The translations under genes and the position numbers were made by a program. The notes under the pieces were generated by a model, which did no database searches, was not told the origin of the DNA, and worked only from the letters and a program-made list of their open reading frames with translations. Below, one piece after another: positions 1 to 13,042 of a DNA stretch of 64,000 nt. This DNA is from Octopus vulgaris (lineage: Eukaryota). Numbering within the stretch: position 1 is the stretch's first letter; every line of letters begins with the position of its first letter. The DNA lies in the NCBI GenBank assembly GCA_951406725.2, contig OX597831.1:23932001-23996000 (forward strand), in the 5' to 3' direction.

Positions 1-410
<410 letters not shown>

Positions 411-783
411 CTTACATATATTTTTTAACTCAACTTACATTTTTGCATTTCCATTCATTTTATTCTAAATTACTCACATAATTTTTATTTCATTCTTTTC
501 ACAAATTTTGCTTCTAATTCTTTTCATAATTGTTCTCATTTACCTGTTATTGTTAATTCAACAAATAGTTGAATACTTGATTAACTAGCAATTACAGAAC
601 ATTGATTAAAAATTTTTTATTCGTCATTTTTTTTTTTACATCTCTTTTAGTATTGCTCATTTACTTTCAATGTAGTTCCCAACGCTCGTTGTACACATGG
701 TACAGTAAATAATTAAGCTCACAGCAAGTTGGATTTTCAAATTGGTTTTAATCACCAACTGAAATCATGTCAATTTTGCTTGC

Positions 784-854
784 TTACACCTCTAATGCTT
801 TTGGGAAAGGCATAAAATCTACAACATCATTTGCCCCTGAAATGTGGTTGTTTC
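784..854 (-). CDS. Candidate terminal coding exon (xNNHISGANDVVDFMPFPKALEV*)
   Basis: Minus strand shows branch-like CTAAT, tract ttttcgtttttgactcacAG, then a phase-1 open frame to TAA in unique sequence. No homologue recognised. Confidence 0.25.
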
Positions 855-1739
855 CTGTGAGTCAAAAACGAAAACTAATAATTAGTTTACCTTGTCAAAT
901 TATGGAATTTATTTAGTCATTAAAAATCTTTTGTAAAACTATTATCATCATATATATACATTGGTCATATCATTAGCTCAGTCATATGTATATATCATAA
1001 TCATATCTTTCAAATATAGTTATATCTGCAAACTATAGTCATAACTTGAAATCATAGACACACGCATAAATGATAGTGATATGGTTAAACAGTGATATCT
1101 AGAGATCATAGACAGGTTTTTAAGTCGTAGTGATATACATATCATCAGGGTTAATACTTGAAAATCATAGTTTGTATAAATCATCGTCATATCTTTAGTT
1201 CATACTCACATCTGTAAATCATAATCATATATATATATATATATACCTCATACCTGTGTCTATAAACTGACACACAAAATCAGAGTGAATGTGCAAAACA
1301 ACCGCCCAATTTGTTATAGGGTTATATTTCAAATTGGGAAGTTGATTTTGCTTCATGTAATTTCCTTCTTTCTCCCCTCTCTCTATCTCTCACCCCCTCG
1401 TGCTCTTCTTCATACATACATATACATATATTATATACACATATTTATTTATATATACGTACGTACATACATATGTACAAGAATAAATTTGAACCTAATA
1501 CATGTACATGAAGATATACGCTCATTTATATATATATAATTGAATATATATAAAAGTGTGGTTTTCTAGGTACTCAAATTTTGGTTGTGTGCACTTGCCA
1601 GTCCCAAGCCTGGAAAGTGGGAGGGGGTCCTCCAGACATATACTGTATTTTGCTTTCATGTAAAAAAAAAAAAATTAATAGAATTATTTATTATCCAGTT
1701 TTAAATAGGTAACATGGAAAATGTAATTGATGTACATTC

Positions 1740-2166
1740 ATGTGTGTGTATATATATATATATATGTATGTATGTATGCATGCATATATGCACATATATA
1801 TATATATTTCTATATGTATATATATATATATGTATGTATGTATGTATGCATGCATATGTACACATATATATATATTTCTATATGTATATATATATATATA
1901 TGTATGTATGCATATATACACATATATATATATTTATATATATATATATAAATATATATATGTATATATATATACATGTATATATTTATATATATGCATA
2001 GATATATTTTTATCTGCATATATGTGTGTGTATGTATGTATATATATATGTGTGTGTTTGTATATATGTGTGTATATTTATATATATATATATTTATACA
2101 CACACACACTTAGATATTATATATGTATAGCTGTATATGTATATGTTATAAATATGTATGTGTTTG

Positions 2167-2208
<42 letters not shown>

Positions 2209-2287
2209 TACACACACATACATACATATATACACCAACACACAATATTGTGTTTGAGTATGTTTCTATATTCTGATACTATCTATG

Positions 2288-2383
<96 letters not shown>

Positions 2384-2570
2384 GTATATATATATACATA
2401 TGTGCATGTTAGTGTATGTAGATATATGTTCTACAACTATGTATATATATATCATATATCAATGCATAAATGATATATAAATTAATATTATATACATATA
2501 TGTGTGTGTTTGTGTAATGTGTGTATATGTGTGCATGTGTGTATGTGTGTGCATATAAGCATGTGTGACT
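1740..2570. repeat. TA/TG/TATG microsatellite block
   Basis: Direct inspection; roughly 68-bp higher-order units at 1760-1930. Confidence 0.95.
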
Positions 2571-2627
2571 TATATATCATAGATGTGCTTTTGTTGTTTT
2601 CTGCTTTCTTTTATTTTTCTGGTTTAG

Positions 2628-2691
2628 CTCTTTTGTGGCTGGTTTGTTGAGACAACTTAGATTTTTTTCTGAGAATGGCGAAAGACTTTAA
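2628..2691 (+). CDS. Candidate terminal exon (SFVAGLLRQLRFFSENGERL*)
   Basis: About 40 nt of pyrimidine-rich tract ending ggtttAG, short open frame, AATAAA motifs downstream. Confidence 0.15.
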
Positions 2692-3209
2692 AACAGAATT
2701 TAGATTCAAAATGTTTTGAGATGAAAATAAACGAAGGGATGGATATATAAAGTTTTAAGTAAACACAGATTGCTACAAATACAAATGGAAATAGAAAGAT
2801 AATGAAATCCAAAAAATTTAAGTTGTCATATCGAAAATATACAAATTCGTTGTGATTGCTAACTCTTTTTCAAAAAATATTCAAATAAATTTTTTTTTTG
2901 TTAAATTTAATTTTGCAGCACGTTTTGCCTTTGAGAATAACTTGGAATAAATTATTCAAATTTTATGCTAATATATTTTATACATATATGAGCTTACTTT
3001 GTGATACTTTTGTAGTAGAATTAGAATTATTTAATTTTCTTCAATGTGTCTATTATTTTTTTTTACTCTGTATAAATGTGATTGTGATGTTGGAGACTCT
3101 GTCTTAAGAATCACCCATATCATACTTCCAGAAATTAAGCTTGGTAGACAAAAGCTGAAATAAGCATGTGGTATAGACACACCCACATACACACATACAT
3201 ATATATATA

Positions 3210-3775
3210 CGAGGGTGAGTCAAAAAGTAATGCTATTTTGTTTAGGACAGGTATAATTACCAACACAGGAATATGTACCATACATCAAAATGAAGCTGGT
3301 CCTATGTGGATCACATCCCTTCTTCTCAACATAGTCATCGTTTCTCTCAATAGCAATGTCCCACCTTTGAATGAGAGCATGTATCCCTGCCTCGTAAAAT
3401 TCTGTTGACTGTTCTTTGAGTCACTTCTTCGCTACAGTTTTCACTTCCTCATCACTGGACAATCATCGTCACTGGACTATCATCTCTTCGGCCCCATGAA
3501 AAAGGGTTTGAGAGGCAGACATTATTCCAGTGACGTGGAAGTGAAAACTGTTGTGAAGAAGTAGCTCAATGAACAGTCAAGAGAATTTTACTGGGCAGGG
3601 ATACATGGTCTCATTTGAAGGTGGAACATTGCTATTGAGAGAAACAGTGACAATGTAGAGTAGTAGGGATGTGATCCACAGAGGACCGGCCTCCTTTTGG
3701 TGTATGATAAATGTTCCTGTGTTGGTAATTATACCAGTCCTAAACAAAATGGCGTGACTTTTTGACTCACCCCAC
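3210..3775. mobile_element. Palindromic mariner-derived MITE made of two inverted 3' ends
   Basis: TA flanks; ends cgagggtgagtcaaaaagt / actttttgactcaccc; arms of about 250 bp; right arm encodes a decayed mariner C-terminus (DYHLFGPMKKGLRGRHYSSDVEVK...RWNIAIERN). Confidence 0.9.
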
Positions 3776-3795
3776 TATATATATATATATATATA

Positions 3796-3960
3796 TTAGG
3801 GTAGATAAGGTTGGTCTATGAGACTACTCTGGGTTTCACAGTGTATCATCAGTCCCCCCAAACCTGTTGACATATGATGATATGCTGTGAAGCTAAGTGC
3901 TTTATGGACATGAAATTCAGAGTAACCCCATCGACTGGCCTCCTTTATCTTTATACCTAT
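3796..3960. mobile_element. Degenerate inverted Penelope-like terminus with hammerhead remnants
   Basis: Minus strand 3820-3856 reads GGGA-CUGAUGA-uacacugu-GAAA-cccagag-UA-gucuc; an inverted partial copy lies at 3911-3958. Confidence 0.4.
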
Positions 3961-4149
3961 AATACTCTGTAACTTAGAGTGTGCTTCTTTTATGGATTTA
4001 TGATTTATAATTTACCGATCATACTTGTATATGTATGTATATAAATGTGTGTGTGTGTATGTGTGTGTGTGTCAAATGAAAGATCGAAGATGGAATATAT
4101 GAGAATTTATTATTAATCACTGTAATTGTTTCGACACATCTAGATGTAC

Positions 4150-4355
4150 GTATGTGTCTGCTTGCATTTGTGTGTCCTTGTCTTGATATTGTGCTGCAAT
4201 TTTGAGTATCTGTGTAATCATGGCTGGCCTTGGGAAAATATTAATTTGCTTGCAAATAAGTAAGGTTTGGTGGCAGGGAAAGCTGCTTGCCACATAAAAA
4301 TCTGTCTCAATATATTCCAGCCGGCATATACAAGCGTGGAAAAGTGGACATTAAG
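4150..4355 (+). mobile_element. Diverged Meta-domain-type SINE 3' part
   Basis: Similar to 29200-29425; ends gcgtggaaaagtggacattaa plus (GAG)n. Confidence 0.55.
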
Positions 4356-4958
4356 AGGAGGAGGAGGAGGAGGAGGATGTGTTAGGCAGTCAAATACCTT
4401 ACACTCTCAACCATTGTTTGTAAGGCAACAAAAATTCTAAATGCCTATTTAATTCCATTAAGTTCATTAAGTCTTGTCCATTGTTTTGTATCACAGCCAG
4501 CCAAATTCAATTCAAACCATTGCCTCTGAATGCAGCTATACAAGGATCTGCGCTGACATGGCATACTTCACTGCAATTTTATGTTGAATAAAATTTTCAG
4601 AATATGTTCAATGAATGCTATGAAGAATAAAGAAAGCACAAAATTTTTTTTTTACCAAAATATGATTTTTCTTTCATTTCTGCCATGTTTTTGTTTATTT
4701 ATTTTTCAATGTCTAATATTTTATCTTTTAATTTTTCTGTTTTACTTCAATTTCATTCTTTTTTTTTTTGTGATATCATCGTTGAAATTTTTGTTTTGTT
4801 TGTTTTATTTAGTTTTATGTATGTGTATGTATCTGTTTATGTATATACATATATGTCTATGTATGTGTATCTGTGTAGGTATCTACATGTAAGTATCTAT
4901 GTTTAGATATATATTTATATGTGTGTGTGTATGTATATATATATGTATATATATGTAT

Positions 4959-5178
4959 GTTGCCAGTACCGCCTGACTGGCCCCTGTGCCGGAGGCATGT
5001 AAAAGCACCCACTACACTCTTAGAGTGGTTGGCGTTCGGAAGGACATCCGGCTGTAGAAACTCTGCCAGATCAAGGTTGGGGCCTGCTGTAGCCATCTGG
5101 TTTGCCAGTCCTCAGTCAGATCGTCCAACCTATGCTAGCATGAAAAGTGGACGTTAAACGATGATGATGATGATGATG
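4959..5178 (+). mobile_element. SINE family C (Meta-domain-like core, RTE-like tail, (GAT)n end)
   Basis: ggcgttcggaaggacatccggctgtagaaac core; tail catgctagcatg...ggacgttaaacgatgatg; more than 10 copies in the window. Confidence 0.85.
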
Positions 5179-5221
5179 TATGTATGTATATATATATATA
5201 TATATGTGAGTGTATGTATAT

Positions 5222-5530
5222 TACCGTGATTACCGCGACCGACCGGGCTATCAGATGTTGCTACACATCGTTGGTCAGAATGCGCTTTGCATTGTTTTAG
5301 CCTTCAAATGACGCCATCCCGCTGGATAAGCGAGCAGGCCAACAGAAGAAAGAGTGAGAGAAAGTTGTGGCAAAAGAGTACAGCAGGGATCGCCACCACC
5401 CCTGCTGGAGCCTCATGGAGCTTTAGGTGTTTTCGCTCAATAAACACTCACAACGCCCGGTCTGAGAATCGAAACCACGATCCTACCCTACAACCGCGAG
5501 TCCGCTGCTCAAACCATGGGCCATTGTGCC
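5222..5530 (-). mobile_element. SINE family D (tRNA head), tail type 1
   Basis: A/B-box tRNA-like head shared with 18705, 27412, 45830 and 57652. Confidence 0.85.
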
Positions 5531-5769
5531 GTGTATGTATATATGTATATGTAAATATATATGTCTCTTTGCATGTACGATTATTATTGAAGCAGTTCTT
5601 TTTTTTTTTTTTTTACTAGTTTCAATCCTTGAGTTGTAGTCAAATGGGATAACTCCTTCAAGGATGTTGGCTAATATATGGACACTAAACACCTGGGATG
5701 GACAAAAGATGATCTTTTATCATAAGTGAATTGAAAACTAGGATATTTTATGATGAAGATGGTTGTCAA

Positions 5770-5990
5770 CCATAACAACCTGCTCAGGTGAATGATTTGT
5801 TTATAATGATCAAATACCTGTGTTGTATATTAGCTCATTCTCACCATCAAACTACATGTTGGGTGGTGAAATAATTGAAAAGCAGTGTGAGATGAAGAGT
5901 TTTGCTCAAGAACAAAATGCATCACACAGTGCAGTAATTGAAATCATGTTCTTGTGCTCATGAATACAGCACTGTAAGCCCTAGGCCATA
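5770..5990 (-). mobile_element. Diverged SINE family E
   Basis: ttgctcaagaacaaaatgc and a tRNA-head remnant matching 21750-22065. Confidence 0.55.
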
Positions 5991-6619
5991 CTTTCTCACC
6001 AGGCAGCTTTAAAGATTATTTACAGGAATAGAAAGAAGAAGAGAACTGGTTCTTTCGTCAGTGGCCTAGTGAGCTGAAAAACAGACCTGGAAACACAAGG
6101 TCACAGAAAGAATGACCCGGGTTCAAATCCCACTTTTAGGAAAGCAGCAGAAGGAAACTTATGAGTCTTGACTGGGGGTGGGCCCAGCTTTTGTAGAGTG
6201 TCAGGTATAAGGGCCAAAACAATTGCTGGGTTGGAGCTCTTCCTCTGAAAATCTCTCTGTGGTGAGTTTCTGTTATTTTCCTTTTTTAGGAATACAGAAT
6301 TGATTCCAGTACTTGATATCCTAGTTATGAATTATTGATCCGAGGGAAAATTCATTCAGCAAATTTTTTTCAAAGTGGTGCTCTAGCATGACTGAAGTCT
6401 AATGATTGAAACAGGTATAAGAATAAAAGAATAAAGTAAATTCGTTTTTGTTCTTGGTTTCCTGATGTGAGTTCATGCCTTGAAATAAATTTAGTTGTGT
6501 CAAGGTAAGGTCATTACATCAATAATAATAACATGCACAATGCATAAGTAATAAAATCATAAAAATAAAAAGCGAATTGGTTTCCTACCTGATGGCATGG
6601 CTTCATTACAGAATATTTA

Positions 6620-7217
6620 TTGGGTTGTCTGGAAAGTTTGTGCCGATTTTTAAAGGAAAGAAAAAGGTCAATAAATACTTGCCATTACTCAAGCTTTACC
6701 AGGTGCTCATGAACGACGGATTTTGATAAGTTGAGGCTTTCTGCCAATTCTCGGGTTGTGCAATGTGGGTTATTCTCAATTAATGACTTGATTTAGCCAT
6801 CATCTGTAGTTGATGGTCTGCCTGATCGCTCTCTATCAATAAGGCTACAATCTCCAACTCGGAACCTTGCGAACCACTTCCGTACGAACCACTTTCAAAC
6901 CTTGCGAACCACTTTCAGATAATGAAACATCACTGTAAACTGCTCATATTTCTTTGGTTGCTTGTGAGGCATTTTTCCCTTTATGGAAAAAGAAAAGCAT
7001 CAAGTGCCAAAAATGAACATTCTTATCTTCCATTTTAAAGGGTTACAGAATTAACACAGGTTATAGGAACATAAAAGCCTTCTTCCACGAAAAGATAGCT
7101 TAAACTGTGCTCTAAATGGAGGTGGAGTCAAATCCTATTTTATGGACTCATCCAGGTTCTAAAATAAGTCGAAAGGTAAGCTACTATAAATCGGCACGAA
7201 TTTTCTGGATAACCCAA
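6620..7217 (-). mobile_element. Mariner deletion derivative retaining the N-terminal HTH region
   Basis: TA TSD; TIR ttgggttgtc(t/c)ggaaagtt(t/c)gtgccgattt; decayed ORF from 7033: MEDKNVHFWHLMLFFFHKGKNASQATKEI...VRKWFARFRVGDCSLIDRERSGRPST...TTRELAESLNLSKSVVHEHL. Confidence 0.92.
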
Positions 7218-7589
7218 TAAAATGTAGTTGTAGTAGTAAGTTCTGAAATGATAACTATTTAGTTAGTATATGCAATATTTTAACCACTAACCAGTCAAAA
7301 GCGATCCAATGATCCCTATTCTTTTCTCTCCCTTGTTTCAATCATTGGTGTTCAACCATTCTGAGGCACTAGCTTCAAGTGTTTCAGTCAATTACAACCT
7401 TCTCTGTTGCTTATTTCATCCATTGATGCCTCTGAGATAATACTATGTAAGTCATGTTGAGTTATATAGTTCCCGATAGATTATATCTGAATAAAAAATG
7501 GGGATTATCATGTTTTTGATCAAAAGCCAACTAGATTAAGACCAACCTATAGCTAAAGAATAACAACACAATGTCTGTTATAAATTTTG

Positions 7590-8035
7590 GATGGCTGACC
7601 ATATTAAGTCCCTATGGTAGGGGCTGGCAAGTTTAGGAGCCATACCAGACTCCATTGTCTATTTTGGCATGTTTTTCATGGCTGGATGCCCTTCCTAATG
7701 CCAGCCGTTTTACAGAGTGTACTGGGTGTTATTTACGTAGCATCAGCACCAGTGTTTCTTATGTGGCACCTTCAGTGGCAAGATAAACAAAGCATCTTGC
7801 AAGATGTTATCATCCTCATTTAATGTCTGTTTTCCATGCTGGCATGGGTTGGACGGTTTGACAGGAGTTGGCCAGGCAGAGAGCTGCCTAAGCTCCCATC
7901 ATCACTTTTGGAACGGCTTTACAGTGGACGCCTTTCCTAATGCCAACCAATTTACAGAGTGTACTGGGTGCTATTTATGTGGGATCGGCACCAGTGCTTT
8001 TTACGTGGTGTCAGCACTGGTACTCTTTATCCGGC
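7590..8035 (-). mobile_element. Two diverged SINE family C copies
   Basis: gctggatgcccttcctaatgcc cores near 7681 and 7926; tail at 7806-7860. Confidence 0.75.
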
Positions 8036-8217
8036 ATCATCAACAACAGGGACACCTTCCAAGACAAATTACTAAAATTCAAAACTTGTTTCATTCTTCA
8101 ACATTACAGTTCAAACCTCACTATAGTGAAAGTATACTGCTTGCCTATGTTTGTGTGTGTGTTTAAACATATGGATATGTATAGATGTCTGAGCTTGTAT
8201 GTATGTATATTGTGTGT

Positions 8218-8550
8218 ACTGGCTTCCGTGCCGGTGGCACGTAAAAGGCACCATTTGAGCGTGATCATAACCAGCATTGACTTGCTGGCACTTGTGCCAG
8301 TGGCACGTGAAAAAACATTTAAGTGAAGTCGTTGCCAGTAACATCTGACTGGCCCCTATGACGGTGGCACGTAAAAGCACCCACTACACTTTCAGAGTGG
8401 TTGGCGTTAGGAAGGGCATCCAGCTGTAGAAACTCTGCCAGATCAAGATTGGAGAGCCTGGTGAAGCCATCTAATTCGCCGGACTTCAGCCAAATCGTCC
8501 AACCCATGCTAGCATGTAAAGCGGACGTTAAACGATGATGATGATGATGA
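8218..8550 (+). mobile_element. SINE family C with internal ~60-bp repeats
   Basis: Three gtggcacgt(a/g)aaa units, Meta-like core, (GAT)n tail. Confidence 0.87.
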
Positions 8551-9622
8551 TTGTGTGTGAGTGCATGTGTTAACTCTATGTGTACAAAATGCTACTTTAT
8601 ATGTAACTGCTCCATCAAACAGCCATGCTATCGACAGAACACGAATACACCTTGAAATTGCCTGTCAGTATGATTATCTCTCTATTTTTCTCTCCCCTTC
8701 TCATCTCCACATGTTTCTCTTTCTCTCTCTCCCTCTCTCTCCCTCTCCCTCTCTTTCTCTCTTCCTCTTTTGCTTATGACTCAGAATATGGAAGAATTGT
8801 CTAAATTGTGAAAGTATGCATTTAGTAAGGCTGCATTTGATGTACGAGCGTGCACGCATGCATTAGTGTACTGTGTAAGTGGCCTTGTATGTTTTTACGT
8901 TTTTGAAACAGCACTTAGGTGTGTTGCAAGTGTGATATGACAATTTGGAAATGTCATAGATGGTCAAGTAATGAAAATGGATACAACATCAGGGTAGAAA
9001 GGTTTCTCTGAACGAATGTTTGTCAGTCGAATCATGCATCATACATGTAATTGTGTGTTTGTGTGTGTGTGTGTTTGTGTGTATGCATGTGTGTATACAG
9101 ATATATCTATGCAAACTTATTCATCTTTCTTTGAAAGATTAATACTATCCCATTTTTGGTTTTAAATAACGGCATTGATGGTCAATATATTCAAATAAAT
9201 GTAAAAGCTTGCAGCAAAATTGGAAAAGGATGGTCACAAATATAATCTTTGAATTAGTTTCTTCTGGTTAATTGACATTATCAACAGATGTAAGATTAGC
9301 GAACTGATGCCTAATGCACGTGTGTCTGCCATCAGGATTTATCTTAATCAGGTGCTACTTATTATTATTCCGTCTACTTATGTTGACTACATCAGGTACG
9401 ACGATGGATGCACTAAATATTATTTTAATTCAACAAAGCACATCTGAGTGCAATCGCTGCCAAGGCCATGGATTGGCTCCCATGCTGGTGGTACATAAAA
9501 AGCACCATTCGAGCGTGATCGTTGCCATAGCTGTTCAATGTTTAAAAACAAGTTTTATAGAAACTTCTTTCAAGATTCTTACTTTGTTTTTCACACATTA
9601 ATTGTGTAGGCTGAAGTATATA

Positions 9623-10188
9623 TTGGGTTGTCCAGAAAGTTCATGCCGATTTATAGTAGTTTACATTTCGACTTATTTTAGAACATGGTTGAGTCCATAA
9701 AATAGGATTTGACTACACCTCCATTTAGAGCACAGTTTAAGCTAACTTTTCGTGGAAGAAGCTGTATGTTCCTATAACCTGCATTAATTTTGTAACCCTT
9801 TAATATGCAAGATAAGAAAGTTCATTTTCGGCACTTGATGCTTTGGGAACTAGACAAAAATTGCTGCAGCTCGGCTGGGATGTGTTACCCCACCCTCCAT
9901 ATTCATCAGATATTGCTCCTTCGGATTTCCACTTATTCAGGTCTCTGCAGAATAGTCTTAAATGTAAAAACTTCAATTCCTTGGATGATGTAAAAAGATA
10001 CCTTGATGAATTCTTTGCCATGAAACCACCTCAATTCTGGGAAGAGGGTAATTTCAAGTTAAAGGAAAGATGGAGACGCATTGTGCAACAAACTGGTTCA
10101 TATTTGGTTGATTAAAAATGTAATGGCAAGTATTTATTGACCTTTTTCTTTCCATTAGAAATTTGCACGAACTTTGCGGACAACCCAA
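9623..10188 (+). mobile_element. Mariner deletion derivative (MITE-like), C-terminal transposase retained
   Basis: TA TSD, TIRs, first ~13 codons fused out of frame to GWDVLPHPPYSSDIAPSDFHLFRSLQNSL...W...IVQQTGSYLVD*. Confidence 0.95.
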
Positions 10189-10254
10189 TAAAATGTTAGA
10201 GAAAGAAACCTAGCTGCTTCTTGCAAAACATACCAATACATACATTTAAAGCAA

Positions 10255-10383
10255 GATTTTTTCTGGAGTCCATAGAATACAATTGTGGTTCTCTGGTTTA
10301 CTTTTTTTTTTTTTTTTACATGGATCCCAAAATATCTTATATGGACTTTTTCGGGCCATATGGATCCTGGTTGAGAACAACTG
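10255..10383 (+). mobile_element. Probable hAT-type MITE fragment
   Basis: Ends ggttgagaacaactg; related segments at about 26435-26545 and 54303-54418. Confidence 0.4.
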
Positions 10384-10812
10384 AAATAGACTAACATCAA
10401 CTCCAAGAGAACTTTATCTTCTTTACTATCTATCTTCCTTTCTTCTCTTTCTACCTCCTCCTCTCTCTCTCCTATCTCTCATCATCTCTTACTCAACAGT
10501 TTATTGCATTCTAAATGAAGATAATTACTGAACAATAAAAGCTTCTTCCCCACCAAGGGGTTTAAGAGATATTAATTATATCATATTGATTAATTGCATA
10601 ACAATTCGATATTCTCTCAGAGTATATTTAAAATCCTTTTAATAGCAAACCGTCTGAGATTGTCCAAGTGTTTATATACAAATTTTAATCTCCATCAAAA
10701 TCTTACTAAATTAAAGCATGAATAATAACGGTCCAGTTGACCAACACTGACACAATATACAACTAAATGCTCAACAGTAACATTACACACACACACACAC
10801 ACACACATATAC

Positions 10813-11224
10813 TTTCTTATACTCTTTTACTCTTTTACTTGTTTCAGTCATTTGACTGCGGCCATGCTGGAGCACCGCCTTTAATCGAACAAATTGACCC
10901 CGGGACTTATTCTTTTGTAAGCCCAGTACTTATTCTATCGGTCTCTTTTTGCCGAACCGCTAAGTGACGGGGACGTAAACAAAACCAGCATCGGTTGTCA
11001 AGCAATGCTAGGGGGACAAACACAGACACACAAACACACACATATATATATATATTTATACGATGGGCTTCTTTTCAGTTTCCGTCTATCAAATCCACTC
11101 ACAAGGCATTGGTCGGCCCGGGGCTATAGCAGAAGACACTTGCCCAAGATGCCACGCAGTGGGACTGAACCCGCAACCCTGTGGTTGGTTAGCAAGCTAC
11201 TTACCACACAGCCACTCCTGCACC
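10813..11224 (-). mobile_element. SINE family A, full length
   Basis: tRNA-like head (tggctgtgtggtaag / ggttcagtccc), central (TA)n(TG)n, RTE-like tail gcatggccgcagtcaaatgactgaaac with gtaaaaga repeats. Confidence 0.92.
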
Positions 11225-11725
11225 TGTAAAATATCAAACACAGTTGACACTTCCAAAGTTTGTTTATAAAATGTTGTTGCATCCCAAAAGGTATTATTAT
11301 TTAGCATTAAAATTGACAGCAATGGTTGTCAGTTGGCTGTTTATCTTAATGGTAGGGTACTCAGCTGATATCTATAGATATGGGTTCGAGTTCCATAGCC
11401 ATCTAGTGGCAATTTTAATGCCCAATCTTTCTGCTCCATTCATTACTATACTGCATTTTGAAATTTATTTTCTTGTCTGTAAAATGTATATAATACATAC
11501 ATACATACATGCATACATATATATACATATATATATATATTATTATTATTATTATGATTATTATTATTACTATTATTAATAGGGAATAAAAATTCCAAAT
11601 TTACAAGGAAAAATTCAATTTAGCAATACTTAATCCAATTTCACAATATATAATATATGTATATAATATATGTATATAATCTTTCACTATTAATTGAATT
11701 AATTGAGGTTTTGTCTCTTAATTAT

Positions 11726-11772
<47 letters not shown>

Positions 11773-11807
11773 TGTGTGTATATATATATACATATATATA
11801 TATATAA

Positions 11808-11846
<39 letters not shown>

Positions 11847-11897
11847 CACGAAACATGTGTATTGGTGAATAAATAAACCCAAAAACTTTCAATGGGC

Positions 11898-12115
11898 CAA
11901 GGTGTTGAGCTGTCAGAATCATTAGCACATCGGACAAAATGATTTGTGGCATGGCATTTCATGCCTTCACATTCTGAGTTTGAATTCCTCTGAGGTAGAC
12001 TTTGCCTTTCAGTGTTTTGGGCTCAGTAAAACAGGTACCTGTTAAGTAATGGGGTTTACGTAATTGACTTACTCTCTCCCCAGAAATTATTGGCCTTGTG
12101 CCAAAATTTGAAGCC
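11898..12115 (+). mobile_element. SINE family B (diverged)
   Basis: gagctgtcagaatcattagc...gagtttgaattc...actttgcctttc. Confidence 0.7.
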
Positions 12116-12212
12116 ACAATTACCATGGGCCAAACCTGCCATATATTGCTCCCCAGTTATAGATCTCTTCTACAGCTACTACAAAATTTGCTGATTCTCT
12201 GAACTAACAGCT

Positions 12213-12376
12213 GTAGGAGTGACTGTGTGGTAAGTAGCTTGCTTACAAACTGCATGGTTCCGGCTTCAGTTCCACTGCGTGGAACCTTGGACAAGTGTCT
12301 TCTACTATAGCCTCAGGGTGACCAAAACCTTGCGAGTGGATTTGGTAGATGGAAACTGAAAAAAGCCTGTCGTATA

Positions 12377-12439
<63 letters not shown>

Positions 12440-12685
12440 GTATGTATATATATATATGTGTATGTGTGTGTATATGAGTGTCTGTGTTTGTCCCTCTAAC
12501 ATCTCTTGACAACCGATGCTGGTGTATTTACATCCCTGTAACTTAGTGGTTTGGCAAAAGAGACTGATAGAATAAGTACTAGACTTACAAAGAATAAGTC
12601 CTGGGGTCAGTTTGCTCGACTAAAGGCGGTGCTCCAGCATGGCAGCAGTCAAATGACTGAAACAAGTAAAAGAGTAAAGGAGAGT
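12213..12685 (+). mobile_element. SINE family A, full length
   Basis: Colinear with 16848, 31091 and 42227. Confidence 0.92.
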
Positions 12686-13042
12686 AACAAAGTAAATCCA
12701 CGTTTGTGATCCCTGTCTCCTCTCCTCACTGCCCTTCACCTCCCACAAAACAGCAATAAATATATTAATCTTATTCTTTTATACCAAGCCTTAAGCTATT
12801 CATCTTCTGAAAACCAGTTCCATGATCATATTGACCAAAACTCCCAGATGAATGTAAACATATATCGATTTCATTGGTCAAAGACAGCCATAATAGATCA
12901 GAGATACTATCTCTTTATCCCCAAATGCCTTAGAACTGCTGTTGTTTTTGTGAGTGTATGAAATCTTCCATTTCTTTCTGAAGTCATCCAAAACTGCAAA
13001 AGGCTTGGGAATCTGGGATTGTAGTTTGTAAGTTGTGGAAAT

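Noticed and set aside
9843-10115. Functional transposase or SETMAR-like gene
   Set aside because: Only the C-terminal ~90 aa remains, out of frame with the true start and inside a 566-bp deleted element.
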